Below, in pieces: positions 31,808 to 41,316 of a stretch of 64,000 nt of DNA. The translations under genes and the position numbers were made by a program. The stretch comes from Candidatus Marinacidobacterium sp. (GTDB lineage Bacteria; Acidobacteriota; Vicinamibacteria; Marinacidobacterales; Marinacidobacteraceae). Location: the NCBI GenBank assembly GCA_965204755.1, contig OZ242011.1:64001-128000 (forward strand). The letters are read 5' to 3'. Every line of letters starts with the position of its first letter. Positions within the stretch are counted from its first letter, which is position 1. The notes beneath the pieces were generated by a model that saw only the letters and a program-made list of their open reading frames with translations, searched no databases and was not told the DNA's origin.

Positions 31808-34339
31808 CTATTCGGCGACGCGGATCTCGGTCCTCCACAGACCCTCTCCGCCGATGATGTATTGACCGGTCGCGATGCGCGACACGGGATGCTCCGGAAG
31901 CGCCACCCGCGCCACGCACCTCCCGTCGAAACGCCAACCCTCGTCCGCGAACCAGAAGTCGTGGTTGGCGAAGCCGTACCGCGCGCGGTCCTCCGGCAGG
32001 ACCGACGCGTCGGCGTAGAGATGCAGGAAGAACCTCGCTTCCGTGTCGGCCGGCGAGCAGGACTCCCGGAGATACAGGATCCGGTTCCCGTCGATATAGA
32101 TGTCGAACTCCGAACGGGCGCGCGCCTCTCCGGCGGCTCCGGACGCCATCCGTTCGTAGATCGGTTCGTACACCCGCCGCTTCAGCGCGTCCGGCGAGAT
32201 CACCGCGCTCCAGGCCCGCGCCGCCCCGGGGACGCCCTGGCCGGTGGATGCCTCGTCGAAGTCGTGGAGCGGGCCCGGCGCCACCGCCACGCAGGCCCCG
32301 TCCACGACCGCCCCGTAGTCCGAGAACCGAAACGGCCGATCCTCGAACGGCCGGTCCTCCAACGCAGCGGAAACCGGCGCGCCCTCCGCCCCTTCGGGCG
32401 GCGAGCGGCGAAGGCGCAGGTGGAACGCTTCCGCCACATCCGCCGGTGAGCAGGGTTCCTTCACATAGAAGAGCGACTCCCCGTCGCCGTAGATGTCGAA
32501 GACCGAGCGGACCACCGGGTCGCCGAAGCCGCCGGAACGAACCGTCTCGTGGATCTTCCGCCAGCGGTCGTCGGCCGGCGTGTACGACCGGTTCACTTCC
32601 AGGACGACGCCGTCGGTTACATCCACGAGCGGCTCGAGGCCCGGCGTCATGCCGAGGAGCGGCGGGCCGTAGCCGTAGCCGCCATTGCTCCCGGCGAAGC
32701 GGAACCAGACGACCCAGGCGCCTTCCGGGGCGCCCTCGAACCATTCCGACAAGACCTGCGGCGTTACATGGCCGTCGGTCGTCGGCGCGAGTTCGCCGCG
32801 CTTCGGCAGCGGCGAGAACCCCCGGCCGCCGGAGGTGTACTGGTAAACCAGCGCCGGCCGGTTGGAGTAGATGCGCAGCGGCGTCGGCGTGTGCAGGACG
32901 AATCTCAGGGTCTCCGAGTCATGCATGGCGTGCCCGGTGTTCCCGGTGAGGAGGGGCACCTCGTTCCCGTTGAGGCGCTCGATTTCGCGGGCGTTCGGAA
33001 CCGCCTGCCCGGCGACCCACAGGGTCAGCGCCGTCATCACGGTGAGGGCCGGCCCGCTGAGCGCGTCGAACCGGTCCAGGGCGCCGGCGATGCCGGCGGC
33101 CGGCGGTTCCCCGGCCGGGCGCTCCAACTCGCGGACCGGCTCGGCCCGGAAGAACCGGTCGAAGCCGAAGGCCGCCGCGACCACCAGGGCGAGAAAGACC
33201 GGCGCGAGCAGCCCTTCCTCCGCTGCCTCGCGCGCCGCCCCGAAGCGGAACGCCAGCGCCGCGACCGCGGTATGGACCGCCGCGAACCCGAGGAACACGG
33301 GGATCGCCCGACCGCCCGACCGCCCGCCGCGCGCCGCGCGCCGCGCCGGCCCGCCGGTCTGCCTCCCGGTCTTCCTCCTTGCCAGCGCGGAAGCGACGAA
33401 CGCCCCGGCGACCACCGCCGCTAGCGCGAACACTTCCCAGCGCCCCGGAGCGAAGGGAAGGAAGTTCGCGTCCGCCCAACTCGAAAAGACCCGGAGCAGG
33501 CCGCCCGGCCCCTCCGGCCGCGAGAACCAAGCCGCGGCGCCGCTCCCGGGCAGCGAGACCGCCCAGGGGATGAACGCAACCGCCGCGGCGCCGCCGAGAA
33601 CGGCCCGCCGCGCCAGCGTCGCCCGCCGGTCGAAGAGCAGCGCGGCGCCCACCGCGCCGACCAGCGCGGCGACCCCCAGGTACTGCGTCCAGCAGGCCAG
33701 CGCGGCGAAGGCCGCCGCGCCGACGAGCGACGCCGGTCGCCCCCGCTCCAGGTACTCCTCGGTCCGGATCATGGCCAGCGCGGACAGCAGCAGGAAGAGC
33801 GGCCCCGGGAGCGCGAAGCGGGACATCTCGAGCAGCGGGAGGGCCGCCGCCAGGGCGAACGGCGCCCAGACCCGCAGGAACCCGGAGTCGAGGCGCCGAC
33901 CCAGGTAACGCCCGACCACGAACACCGTGGCGCCGAACAGCGCGGCGTTCCCCCACTCCGCCACCGGAAGCGGGTCGATCCAACCCGGGCTGAAGAGCGT
34001 CAGCAGGAGCGGGTAGAGCGGCGGCCCCAGGGGGACTTCGGGCGTGGCGAAACCGACGAATCCCGCGCCGTCCCAGTAGTTCCGGGCCGCGGAGAGCAGG
34101 TGGACGGCGCGCCCGGTGAGCCCCGCGCCATGTTCCGACTCCCGCCACAGGACGAGCGCGGCGCCGAGCGCGGAGGCCGCGGCGACCGGCAGCGTCCACC
34201 AGCCGGACCGCTGCTTCGGCGCGTCTTCCGGCGCGTCTTCCGGCGCTGCGGGCTCCCCCTCTCTCCGGGTCTCCCCCGGAGTCGCCGCCGCGGGGTCGGC
34301 GTCCGGCGCCTCTTCGGGTCCTGCTGTCCGAGCCTCCAT
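31808..34339 (-). CDS. GT-C-like membrane protein with two C-terminal two-Cys domains
   Basis: GPPLYPLLL, FLRVWAP, SETLRF, YSN, EGAWVVWF, then SVFDIY..C and SEFDIY..C..RFFLHLY..GFANHDF..C..TGQY..W. Confidence 0.8.
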   Translation of the reverse strand: MEARTAGPEEAPDADPAAATPGETRREGEPAAPEDAPEDAPKQRSGWWTLPVAAASALGAALVLWRESEHGAGLTGRAVHLLSAARNYWDGAGFVGFATPEVPLGPPLYPLLLTLFSPGWIDPLPVAEWGNAALFGATVFVVGRYLGRRLDSGFLRVWAPFALAAALPLLEMSRFALPGPLFLLLSALAMIRTEEYLERGRPASLVGAAAFAALACWTQYLGVAALVGAVGAALLFDRRATLARRAVLGGAAAVAFIPWAVSLPGSGAAAWFSRPEGPGGLLRVFSSWADANFLPFAPGRWEVFALAAVVAGAFVASALARRKTGRQTGGPARRAARGGRSGGRAIPVFLGFAAVHTAVAALAFRFGAAREAAEEGLLAPVFLALVVAAAFGFDRFFRAEPVRELERPAGEPPAAGIAGALDRFDALSGPALTVMTALTLWVAGQAVPNAREIERLNGNEVPLLTGNTGHAMHDSETLRFVLHTPTPLRIYSNRPALVYQYTSGGRGFSPLPKRGELAPTTDGHVTPQVLSEWFEGAPEGAWVVWFRFAGSNGGYGYGPPLLGMTPGLEPLVDVTDGVVLEVNRSYTPADDRWRKIHETVRSGGFGDPVVRSVFDIYGDGESLFYVKEPCSPADVAEAFHLRLRRSPPEGAEGAPVSAALEDRPFEDRPFRFSDYGAVVDGACVAVAPGPLHDFDEASTGQGVPGAARAWSAVISPDALKRRVYEPIYERMASGAAGEARARSEFDIYIDGNRILYLRESCSPADTEARFFLHLYADASVLPEDRARYGFANHDFWFADEGWRFDGRCVARVALPEHPVSRIATGQYIIGGEGLWRTEIRVAE

Positions 34340-34501
34340 CGTTCCGGTGAAGAATTATGACCGGACGGGTACGCGCCCCGACTTCGTGGACGATCCCCCG
34401 GGGCGCCGAGCGCCCGGGAAGGCCCGACTTCTCGAGCCGGGAGGATGGCCGGTCACCCGGGGGTTCGGCCGCGACGGGCCGGGGCGGGAGCGCCGCCGCC
34501 G

Positions 34502-35929
34502 CTACCCGTCGAGTCGGACGGCGACCGGCGGGATGAAACGGGCATAGGCCCGGGCGGCGCGGTCTTCCGAAAACCGGGCGCCGCGCCGCCGGAGGGACTC
34601 CCGATCGGGCGGCCGGTCGAGGGTCGCGAGGATCGCCTCCGCCATCGCCGGCGGGGCGCCGACGGGAACCAGCCGGCCCCAGGTCCCGCCGTCGAGGATC
34701 TCCGCCGGGCCGGAAGGGCAGTCGGTGCTCACCACCGGACAGCCGCAGGCGAGCGCTTCCGCCAGCACATTGCCGAACCCCTCCCACTTCGAGGAGAGGA
34801 CGAACACCCCGGCGCGGGCCATCCAGGCGAACGGGTTCCGCGCGAACCCGGGGAACAGCGCCTCCCGCCGGACCCCGAGCCGGTCGGCGAGTCCGCGAAG
34901 CGAGGGGAGGAGTTCGCCGTCGCCGAGGATCGCCAACCGGGCGGGGCGCCGGCGGCGAACCAGGGCGAAAGCGCGCAGCAGGGTCTCGAAGTCCTTCTGG
35001 GGCGCGAGGCGTCCGGCGCCCAGGATCAGCGGGGGGCCGTCCTCCCGGAACCAGGGGTGGTGGAGCGGCGCCGCCGCCAGGGAGGCGACGGCCTCCCCGA
35101 CCGCCGGGTTGTGGATGGCCGCGATGCGGCTCCGGGGGACGGCCGCGTCCTCGGCCCACTCGTCGGCGAGGCCGCGCGAGGCGGCGACGATCCCGTCGGC
35201 GCGGTGGAGCGCCCGGCGGATGCCGCGGGCCAGCAGGCGGGCGCGCCACCGCCCTCCCGCTCCGCCCGCCGCCGCCCGGCGCTTCGGGACGGCGGCGTGG
35301 AGCCCGGCGATGACCCGCGTCGGCGCCCCGGAGAGGCCCCGCGCGGCGACCGCGAGGAGGTTCGCGGTCTCCCCGACCGGGTAGAGGACCGCGGGGCGGG
35401 CGGTCTCCAGGTACCGGGCCGTCTCCCGGAGCCCGCCGAGGAGCCAGAGCCTCGACGCCCCGGCGTAGGGGCGGACGAAGGGAAAGCGGGAGAGCAGCGC
35501 CTGCCGGAGCAGGAGGGCCCGGGCGTCCCGATGGCGGGCGGCCCGGCGGAGGAGGCGGAACGGCCCGGCCCCGGACTCTTCCCCGGATTCTTCCCCTGAC
35601 TCTTCGGCGCCCGGCGCCCCGAGCCGGATGACGGCGGCGCCCGCTCCGGTCGGCGGCGGGACGGGCCCGGGAGCCTTGAAGAGGACGAGGTCGGCGCGGT
35701 ACCCGGCGCGGACGAACGCCGCCGCGAGTCCGGCGGCGACCCGGCCGTGCCCGCCGCCGGAGAGTCTCCCGACGAGCAGCGCGACCCGGGTTCCGGGCGC
35801 GGCCGGCCGACGAGGCGGGAGTTCGCCGGACGAAGCCCGACCGCGCGCTTCCCCGGGTTCCCCGGCATCCCCGCCGTCGGGGAGGGCGCCCCCCCGCCCC
35901 GCCGGGGTCACCTGCCCCGCCGGGGTCAC
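34502..35929 (-). CDS. Glycosyltransferase family 4
   Basis: LSGGGHGRV, IHNP, GAGRLAPQKDFETLLRAF, FVLSSKWEGFGNVLAEALACGCPVVSTDCPSGPAEIL. Start approximate (GTG 35929). Confidence 0.9.
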   Translation of the reverse strand: MTPAGQVTPAGRGGALPDGGDAGEPGEARGRASSGELPPRRPAAPGTRVALLVGRLSGGGHGRVAAGLAAAFVRAGYRADLVLFKAPGPVPPPTGAGAAVIRLGAPGAEESGEESGEESGAGPFRLLRRAARHRDARALLLRQALLSRFPFVRPYAGASRLWLLGGLRETARYLETARPAVLYPVGETANLLAVAARGLSGAPTRVIAGLHAAVPKRRAAAGGAGGRWRARLLARGIRRALHRADGIVAASRGLADEWAEDAAVPRSRIAAIHNPAVGEAVASLAAAPLHHPWFREDGPPLILGAGRLAPQKDFETLLRAFALVRRRRPARLAILGDGELLPSLRGLADRLGVRREALFPGFARNPFAWMARAGVFVLSSKWEGFGNVLAEALACGCPVVSTDCPSGPAEILDGGTWGRLVPVGAPPAMAEAILATLDRPPDRESLRRRGARFSEDRAARAYARFIPPVAVRLDG

Positions 35930-35942
35930 CGACCCGCCGGGG

Positions 35943-37631
35943 TCATCGGCCCGCCGGCGGGGCCTCGGCGCCGGGAAGCGAGAACGCGAAGACCGCCGGC
36001 CCGGCGGCCGCCGCGACGAACTGCTCCCCGTCGATCGCGTACGACATCGGCCCCGCCAGGAGCGGCCCGCCGGCGCGGAACGACCACCGCCGCTCCCCGG
36101 TGTCCGAGTCCAGCGCGACCAGCGAGTCCCCGTCCCCGGTGAACAGGAGGCCGGTCGCGGTCGCCAGGAGCGAGAGGTACCGGGGATGGTTGCGCCGAGG
36201 CGCCTCCCAGCGGACGGCCCCGGTGTCCAGGTCGAGCGCCCGGAACGCGCCCTCGGGCTCGCCGACGGACTCCTCGTACCCGGCCAGGAACGGCTCGCCC
36301 GGCCGGTAGTCCGGTTCGCTCCGGTAGTACCGGGAAGCGACATCCAGGGCGGCGACGAACAGCGTCCGCCGGCCGGGGTCGTAGGCCGGGCTCTGCCAAC
36401 TGGTCGCGCCGCCGAGCGTCGGCCACAGGAGCGTCCCCTCCTCGGAGGGCTCGGTGTCCGGCCGCAGGATCGGCCGTCCGTTCCCGTCCATCCCTTCCGC
36501 CCAGGTCTGCTTCCCGAACTCGGTCGCCCGGAGGAACTCGCCGGTCTCCCGGTCGAGCACATAGAAGAACGCGTTGCGGTTGGCCAGGATCACCAACTTG
36601 CGCGGCTCGCCGTCCCAGACCGCGTCCGCCAGCACCGGGATGTTCGCCGCGTCCCAGTCGTGGGTGTCGTGCGGGGTGAACTGGAAGTGCCAGCGGAGTC
36701 TTCCGGTGGAGGCGTCCAGCGCGAGCAGCGAGCAGGTGTAGAGGTTGTCGCCGGGTCGGGAGTCCCCGTTCAGCGCCGGCGCCGGGTTCCCGGTGGGCCA
36801 GTAGAGGAGGCCGAGTTCCGGGTCGTAGGAGCCGGTGAGCCAGGTGGCGCCGCCGCCGGTCTTCCAACTCGTCCCGCCGCCCCAGGTGTCCCCGCCGGGC
36901 TCTTCCGGCGACGGGACCGTCCAGAACCGCCAGGCCCGCTCCCCGGTCTCCGCGTGGTAGGCGTCCAGGAAGCCGCGGGCGCCGCCGATCCCGCCGCTCA
37001 TCCCGAAGACGACCAGCCCGTCCAGCGCCAGCGGCGCGCCGGTGATCCCGTAGCCCAGCCGGTTGTCGGCGAGGGTCACGCTCCAGCGCAACTCGCCGGT
37101 GGCGCGGTCGAGGGCGACCGCCCGCCCGTCGAACGCGCCGAAGAACACCGAATCCCCCAGGAGCGCCACGCCCCGGTTCGTCCGCGGGTAGCCCGGGGCC
37201 CGGGCGTCCCGGGGCACCTGCGCGTCGTACCGCCAGAGTTCCGCGCCGGTGGCGGCGTCGAGGGCGACCGCGGTGCTCGTCGGCTCGACCAGGTACATCA
37301 CCCGGTCCGCGACCAGCGGCGTGGACTCCATCCGCCGCCCGCCGCGCGGGATCTGGTGCACCCAGGCCGGCCGGAGGCCGGAGACATTCCCCGGCGTGAT
37401 CCGGTCGAGCCGGGTGAACCGCTCCGAGCGGTAGGCGCCGGAGTAGGTGAGCCACTCCTCCGGGGTCTCCTCCGCGGCGGCCAGGCGGGCGTAGGTGACC
37501 GGCGGGAGGGCGTCCGCCGCGCCGGCGGCGGTCGGCGGGGAATCGGGCGGGGCCTGCGGCGGCCCGCAACCGACCCAACCGACCGAGCCGGCGAGGGCCG
37601 CCGCCGGGAGGAAGCGCCGGCGGCGCCTCAC
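35943..37631 (-). CDS. PQQ-dependent dehydrogenase-like beta-propeller protein, probable lipoprotein
   Basis: Lipobox-like GWVGC, ESTPLV, NRGVA, GGGATWLTGSYDPEL, GNPAP, GDNLY, QFTPHDTHDWD. GTGA-coupled start at 37631. Confidence 0.85.
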   Translation of the reverse strand: MRRRRRFLPAAALAGSVGWVGCGPPQAPPDSPPTAAGAADALPPVTYARLAAAEETPEEWLTYSGAYRSERFTRLDRITPGNVSGLRPAWVHQIPRGGRRMESTPLVADRVMYLVEPTSTAVALDAATGAELWRYDAQVPRDARAPGYPRTNRGVALLGDSVFFGAFDGRAVALDRATGELRWSVTLADNRLGYGITGAPLALDGLVVFGMSGGIGGARGFLDAYHAETGERAWRFWTVPSPEEPGGDTWGGGTSWKTGGGATWLTGSYDPELGLLYWPTGNPAPALNGDSRPGDNLYTCSLLALDASTGRLRWHFQFTPHDTHDWDAANIPVLADAVWDGEPRKLVILANRNAFFYVLDRETGEFLRATEFGKQTWAEGMDGNGRPILRPDTEPSEEGTLLWPTLGGATSWQSPAYDPGRRTLFVAALDVASRYYRSEPDYRPGEPFLAGYEESVGEPEGAFRALDLDTGAVRWEAPRRNHPRYLSLLATATGLLFTGDGDSLVALDSDTGERRWSFRAGGPLLAGPMSYAIDGEQFVAAAAGPAVFAFSLPGAEAPPAGR

Positions 37632-38497
37632 CACGAATGCTCCGAATACCCGCCGACAGCGAAGTCCTCGGCGTAGCGGCGGAGCAACGACTCGCGCGCC
37701 CGCCCGGTGAGGTCCTCCGCCGCTTCCCGGCGCGCCGCCGCGAGTTCCTCGGGGGCCGCCTGCCAGCCCGCCATGGTGTTCAGCAGCGGCAACCGCGGCG
37801 GGGCGATCCCCAGGCGGTCGGCGAGTTCGCCGAGGTCGCGTCCGAAGTCCTCGAACCGGCCGACGAAGTCCGGCAGGCGGTGGTCGTCCAACCGGATCTG
37901 CAGGTGCTGGGAGAGGTAGTGCCGGTCGGCCAGCGGGTCGGCGCCCGACGGGGTCGCCAGCCAGGCGCAGAAGTCCTCGAATCCGCTCGCCCGGCCCAGC
38001 CCGGAATGTTCCCGGAAGAGCCGGCGGCGTTTGTCCTCCTTCCTCACCGGCGACGCCAATTCGGAGAGCGGCGACCGGAAGCGGACCTCGCGGCCGGCCG
38101 CCGGGTCGAAGAAGGCCGGCTCGCGGCGGTCGCGGTACTTCGGGTGCTGCCGGGCGTAGAGGGCCGGGGAGCGGAACAACTCGCGGTGGAGCGAGAGCGC
38201 GCGGGTGAACGGGTGCCGGACGAAGGCGAAGGAGAAGTAGTCGCGCGCTTCGGGCCGGGCGGACAGGACTTCGGAGACGCTCGCGTCCCGGAAGATTTCC
38301 AGGTCGGGGGCGGCGTTCCGGAACGCCGCCATCAGGCTGCGCGTGGCCGCCTTCGGGACCAGGAGGCCGAGGAACCGGCCCCGGCGGGAGAGCAGTTTCT
38401 CGGCCCCGAAGTCCGCCGCGCCGCCGCGCGCCCGGAAGGCCCGCCGGGCGTCGCGGAGGGCGCCGCGCCCGAGGGCCCGGGCCGCGGCGCCCATCAC
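37628..38497 (-). CDS. PAPS-dependent carbohydrate sulfotransferase (Sulfotransfer_2-like)
   Basis: VPKAATRS (5'-PSB loop), FSFAFVRHPFTRALS (3'-PB), DRHYLSQ, DFVGRFE. Confidence 0.8.
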   Translation of the reverse strand: MMGAAARALGRGALRDARRAFRARGGAADFGAEKLLSRRGRFLGLLVPKAATRSLMAAFRNAAPDLEIFRDASVSEVLSARPEARDYFSFAFVRHPFTRALSLHRELFRSPALYARQHPKYRDRREPAFFDPAAGREVRFRSPLSELASPVRKEDKRRRLFREHSGLGRASGFEDFCAWLATPSGADPLADRHYLSQHLQIRLDDHRLPDFVGRFEDFGRDLGELADRLGIAPPRLPLLNTMAGWQAAPEELAAARREAAEDLTGRARESLLRRYAEDFAVGGYSEHSW

Positions 38498-39921
38498 GCC
38501 GGCGCCCCGCCGCAGATTTCGGGACGGTCGCGCAGGTGGTCGAGCAGCGCCTCGGCGGCGAAGCGGTGGCCGGCGGGGTTCCAGTGGATGTCGTTCGGGA
38601 AGTGGAGTTCCCCGATGCGGGCCGCGCCCCCGTCCCGGCGGACGAGCCGCTCATGGAGGTCCAGAACCGGAATGCCGCGTTCGGCGGCCAACTCTTCCAT
38701 GACGCGGAACGGCGCCTTCCAGGCGCCGAAGAGCGGCGGCGCGAGCAGGACCAACTCGGCGCCGTCGCGCTCCGCGCGCTCCCGGAACTCGTCCAGCGCG
38801 AACGCCGTGAGTTCCACCGCGTCCCGATACGGCGGCGGGAGCCTCGCCCCGCTCCACTCGGCGCTGTCGAGGGCCAGGGCCACCGCCCACGGCAGGTAGC
38901 CCGGCGGACGCCGCCACCCCTCGAGGAGGGCCCGGTACTCGGGGGTCTCCCGGTACTCGGGGATCGTCCGCAGGGGCGCCCCTTCGTCCGCCGGCCTGTC
39001 GTCCGCTTCCCTGTCGTCCGCCGGCCTGTCGTCCGCTTCTCCGACGCCGCGCCGAACTCCCAGCCGGCCCAGGGAGCCGTCCAGCGGGCGGATCACGCGG
39101 ACGGTGAGCCAGTCGAGGAGCCGGGACGCGTCCCGCGCCCACGCCCACGCCCGCCGGACCGGGGGCGGCGCCGCCGCGGCGAGCCCCGACCCGGCCGGCC
39201 TCCGGCGGGCGAGCGCCTCGGGGTGGGGCGGGCGCAGGCGGATCTCTCCCTCCTCGCTCCGGTAGGCGGAGGCGAACGGCATCCGCGCCGGATCGTACCC
39301 GCCCTGGATCGCCTGGAGGAACGCCGAGTTGTCGCCGAAATCGCTCCAATACACCACCAGCGCGAGCAGGGCCGGCCGGAGCGGGCGGGCGAAGCGGTCG
39401 TAGAACGGCAACTGGTTGACCTGGCCGGTGTCCCCCCACCCGAAGGCCGCGGTCCTCACCCGGAGACCGGGGAGTTCCCCGGCGGCGAGGCGTTCGAGGA
39501 CGACCTGGACCTTGTCCGGGATGGCGACCTCCCGCGCGTCCACATAGGAGTCCCCGATGAGGACGACCCGGCAGGTCCCGCCCGCCTCCTCCGGGTCGGG
39601 GGGCTCCCGGTCCACGAAGCCCAGGCGGTTCGCCCGCGAGACGGTCCAGAAGTCGAGACCGTTCGTCGCCCGCACTTCGGCGCCGGGTTCGGCCAGGAAC
39701 CCCGCCCCGGGGACGAAACGCAGCGGCGTCCGCCAGGAACCGAAGGGCGCCGAGAGGCGCAGGGCCCCCTCCGCCGCCAGTCCGACCACGAGCAGGAGCC
39801 CGGCGAGCGCCGCGGCGTTCCCGGCGGCGAGCCGGGCGAGCCGGCCCGGCCGGGCCAGCCGGACCGGCCGCGCCCTGCGGCCCCGCGCCCGCGGTCCGTC
39901 CCGGCGGAGGCGGCCCATCAC
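38494..39921 (-). CDS. Membrane-anchored SGNH protein
   Basis: GDSYVDA, SDFGDN, DIHWN. Confidence 0.8.
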   Translation of the reverse strand: MMGRLRRDGPRARGRRARPVRLARPGRLARLAAGNAAALAGLLLVVGLAAEGALRLSAPFGSWRTPLRFVPGAGFLAEPGAEVRATNGLDFWTVSRANRLGFVDREPPDPEEAGGTCRVVLIGDSYVDAREVAIPDKVQVVLERLAAGELPGLRVRTAAFGWGDTGQVNQLPFYDRFARPLRPALLALVVYWSDFGDNSAFLQAIQGGYDPARMPFASAYRSEEGEIRLRPPHPEALARRRPAGSGLAAAAPPPVRRAWAWARDASRLLDWLTVRVIRPLDGSLGRLGVRRGVGEADDRPADDREADDRPADEGAPLRTIPEYRETPEYRALLEGWRRPPGYLPWAVALALDSAEWSGARLPPPYRDAVELTAFALDEFRERAERDGAELVLLAPPLFGAWKAPFRVMEELAAERGIPVLDLHERLVRRDGGAARIGELHFPNDIHWNPAGHRFAAEALLDHLRDRPEICGGAPA

Positions 39922-41312
39922 CGATCAGCCGCGCCGCGCGCCGGCGGAGACCCCGGCGGAGTCTCCGCGCAGACCTCCGGATGCGCCGCCAGGTATTCGA
40001 GGACAGATTCGGCCGCCCACCGGTGCCCTTCCCGGTTCCAGTGGCCGTCGCGCCGGAAATGGGCGTCTTCGGGGCGGCCGCCTCGCCGCCGGATGAACTC
40101 GTACTGGTCGATCACCGGGATTCCGGAGTCGGCGGCGAGCCGCCGCAGCGCCTCCACGACTTCCGGCCCCGAGTCCGGGGTCGTCCGGTGGGTGACGAGG
40201 AGGACGAGCGCCGCGCCGTCCGACTCCGCGCGTTCGGCGAACGCGGAAAGGGCGAAAGCGGTGGCCTCGATCGCTTCCGAGATCGGCGGCGCCGCGCCCC
40301 CGCCCCGGAGGATCGCCCCGGCGGCGGCGGCGGCGAAGACCGCCGGGTCGGCGAGGCCGCCCGACCGGCCGCCCGACTGGCCGCCGCCCGCCTCCCCGGA
40401 ACCCCCGGTCGGGGCGGTCGGGCCGTTCGGGTCGTTCGAGGCTGTCGCGCGGGCTTCCCGGTTTCGGGCGACCCGGGCCGCCAGCAGGGTCGCCGCCCGC
40501 TCCCGGAGCAGGTCGAGGAGGTGGGACTTCCCTCGCGCGGCCTCCCAGGCCCCGCGCAGCGGACGCGCCCACGACGGCGGGAGCCCGAGGCCGCGCGCCC
40601 AGCGGAAGTCGGCCGCCTCCGGGTGGGGCGGACGCAGTTCCATCCGCCCGGCGGCGTCCCGCGCGACGGACAGGTAGGGCATCCGCTCCGGGTCGAACCC
40701 CCGCCGCCGCGCCCGGTGCTCCGTGGTGTTGTCCTCGAAGTCGTTCGAGTAGAAGACGAGGACCACGACCCTCGGGCGCAGCCGGCGGGCGAAGCGGTCG
40801 TAGAAGGCCAGTTGGTTCACCTGCCCGGTGTCCCCCCGGCCGAACGCCGAAGCCGCGACGCCGAGGGCCGGGAGTTCCCGGCGCGCCATTTCTTCCAGCC
40901 GGACCGGGAACTTGTCGGCGATCGGGACCTCGTTGGCTTCGACGAACGAGTCTCCGATCGCGACCACCCGGCAGCCTTCCGGGGCCCGGGCCGGCGGCTC
41001 CCGGTCGGGAAATCCCAGCGAGTTCGTCGTCGTCTCGGTCCAGAACTCCCGCCCGTTCGTCCAGCGCACGAGGGCATGCGGTTCCGCCAGGAACCCGACT
41101 CCGGGGACGAACCGGACAGGGAAGTGGCGCCCGATGAAGGGGCTCCGCGAGCGCAGCCAGACTTCGGCGGCGGCGCCCGCGAGGAGGCCCCCGCCCAGGA
41201 CCAGGGCGGCGTTCACCGCGGCCGCTCGGAGGAATCGCCGCCGTCCCGCCCCGGCCCCCTTCCCGACCGTCGGCCCGCCCCCCGGTCCGGTCGCCCGGTC
41301 TCCCGCTTCCAC
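39918..41312 (-). CDS. Membrane-anchored SGNH protein
   Basis: GDSFVEA, NDFEDN, DGHWN. Confidence 0.8.
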   Translation of the reverse strand: MEAGDRATGPGGGPTVGKGAGAGRRRFLRAAAVNAALVLGGGLLAGAAAEVWLRSRSPFIGRHFPVRFVPGVGFLAEPHALVRWTNGREFWTETTTNSLGFPDREPPARAPEGCRVVAIGDSFVEANEVPIADKFPVRLEEMARRELPALGVAASAFGRGDTGQVNQLAFYDRFARRLRPRVVVLVFYSNDFEDNTTEHRARRRGFDPERMPYLSVARDAAGRMELRPPHPEAADFRWARGLGLPPSWARPLRGAWEAARGKSHLLDLLRERAATLLAARVARNREARATASNDPNGPTAPTGGSGEAGGGQSGGRSGGLADPAVFAAAAAGAILRGGGAAPPISEAIEATAFALSAFAERAESDGAALVLLVTHRTTPDSGPEVVEALRRLAADSGIPVIDQYEFIRRRGGRPEDAHFRRDGHWNREGHRWAAESVLEYLAAHPEVCAETPPGSPPARGAADR

Positions 41313-41316
41313 CGGC

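Noticed and set aside
35943-37631. Lanthanide-dependent XoxF/ExaF call from the D-x-D motif
   Set aside because: The vicinal disulfide and the metal-ligand Glu appear to be absent.
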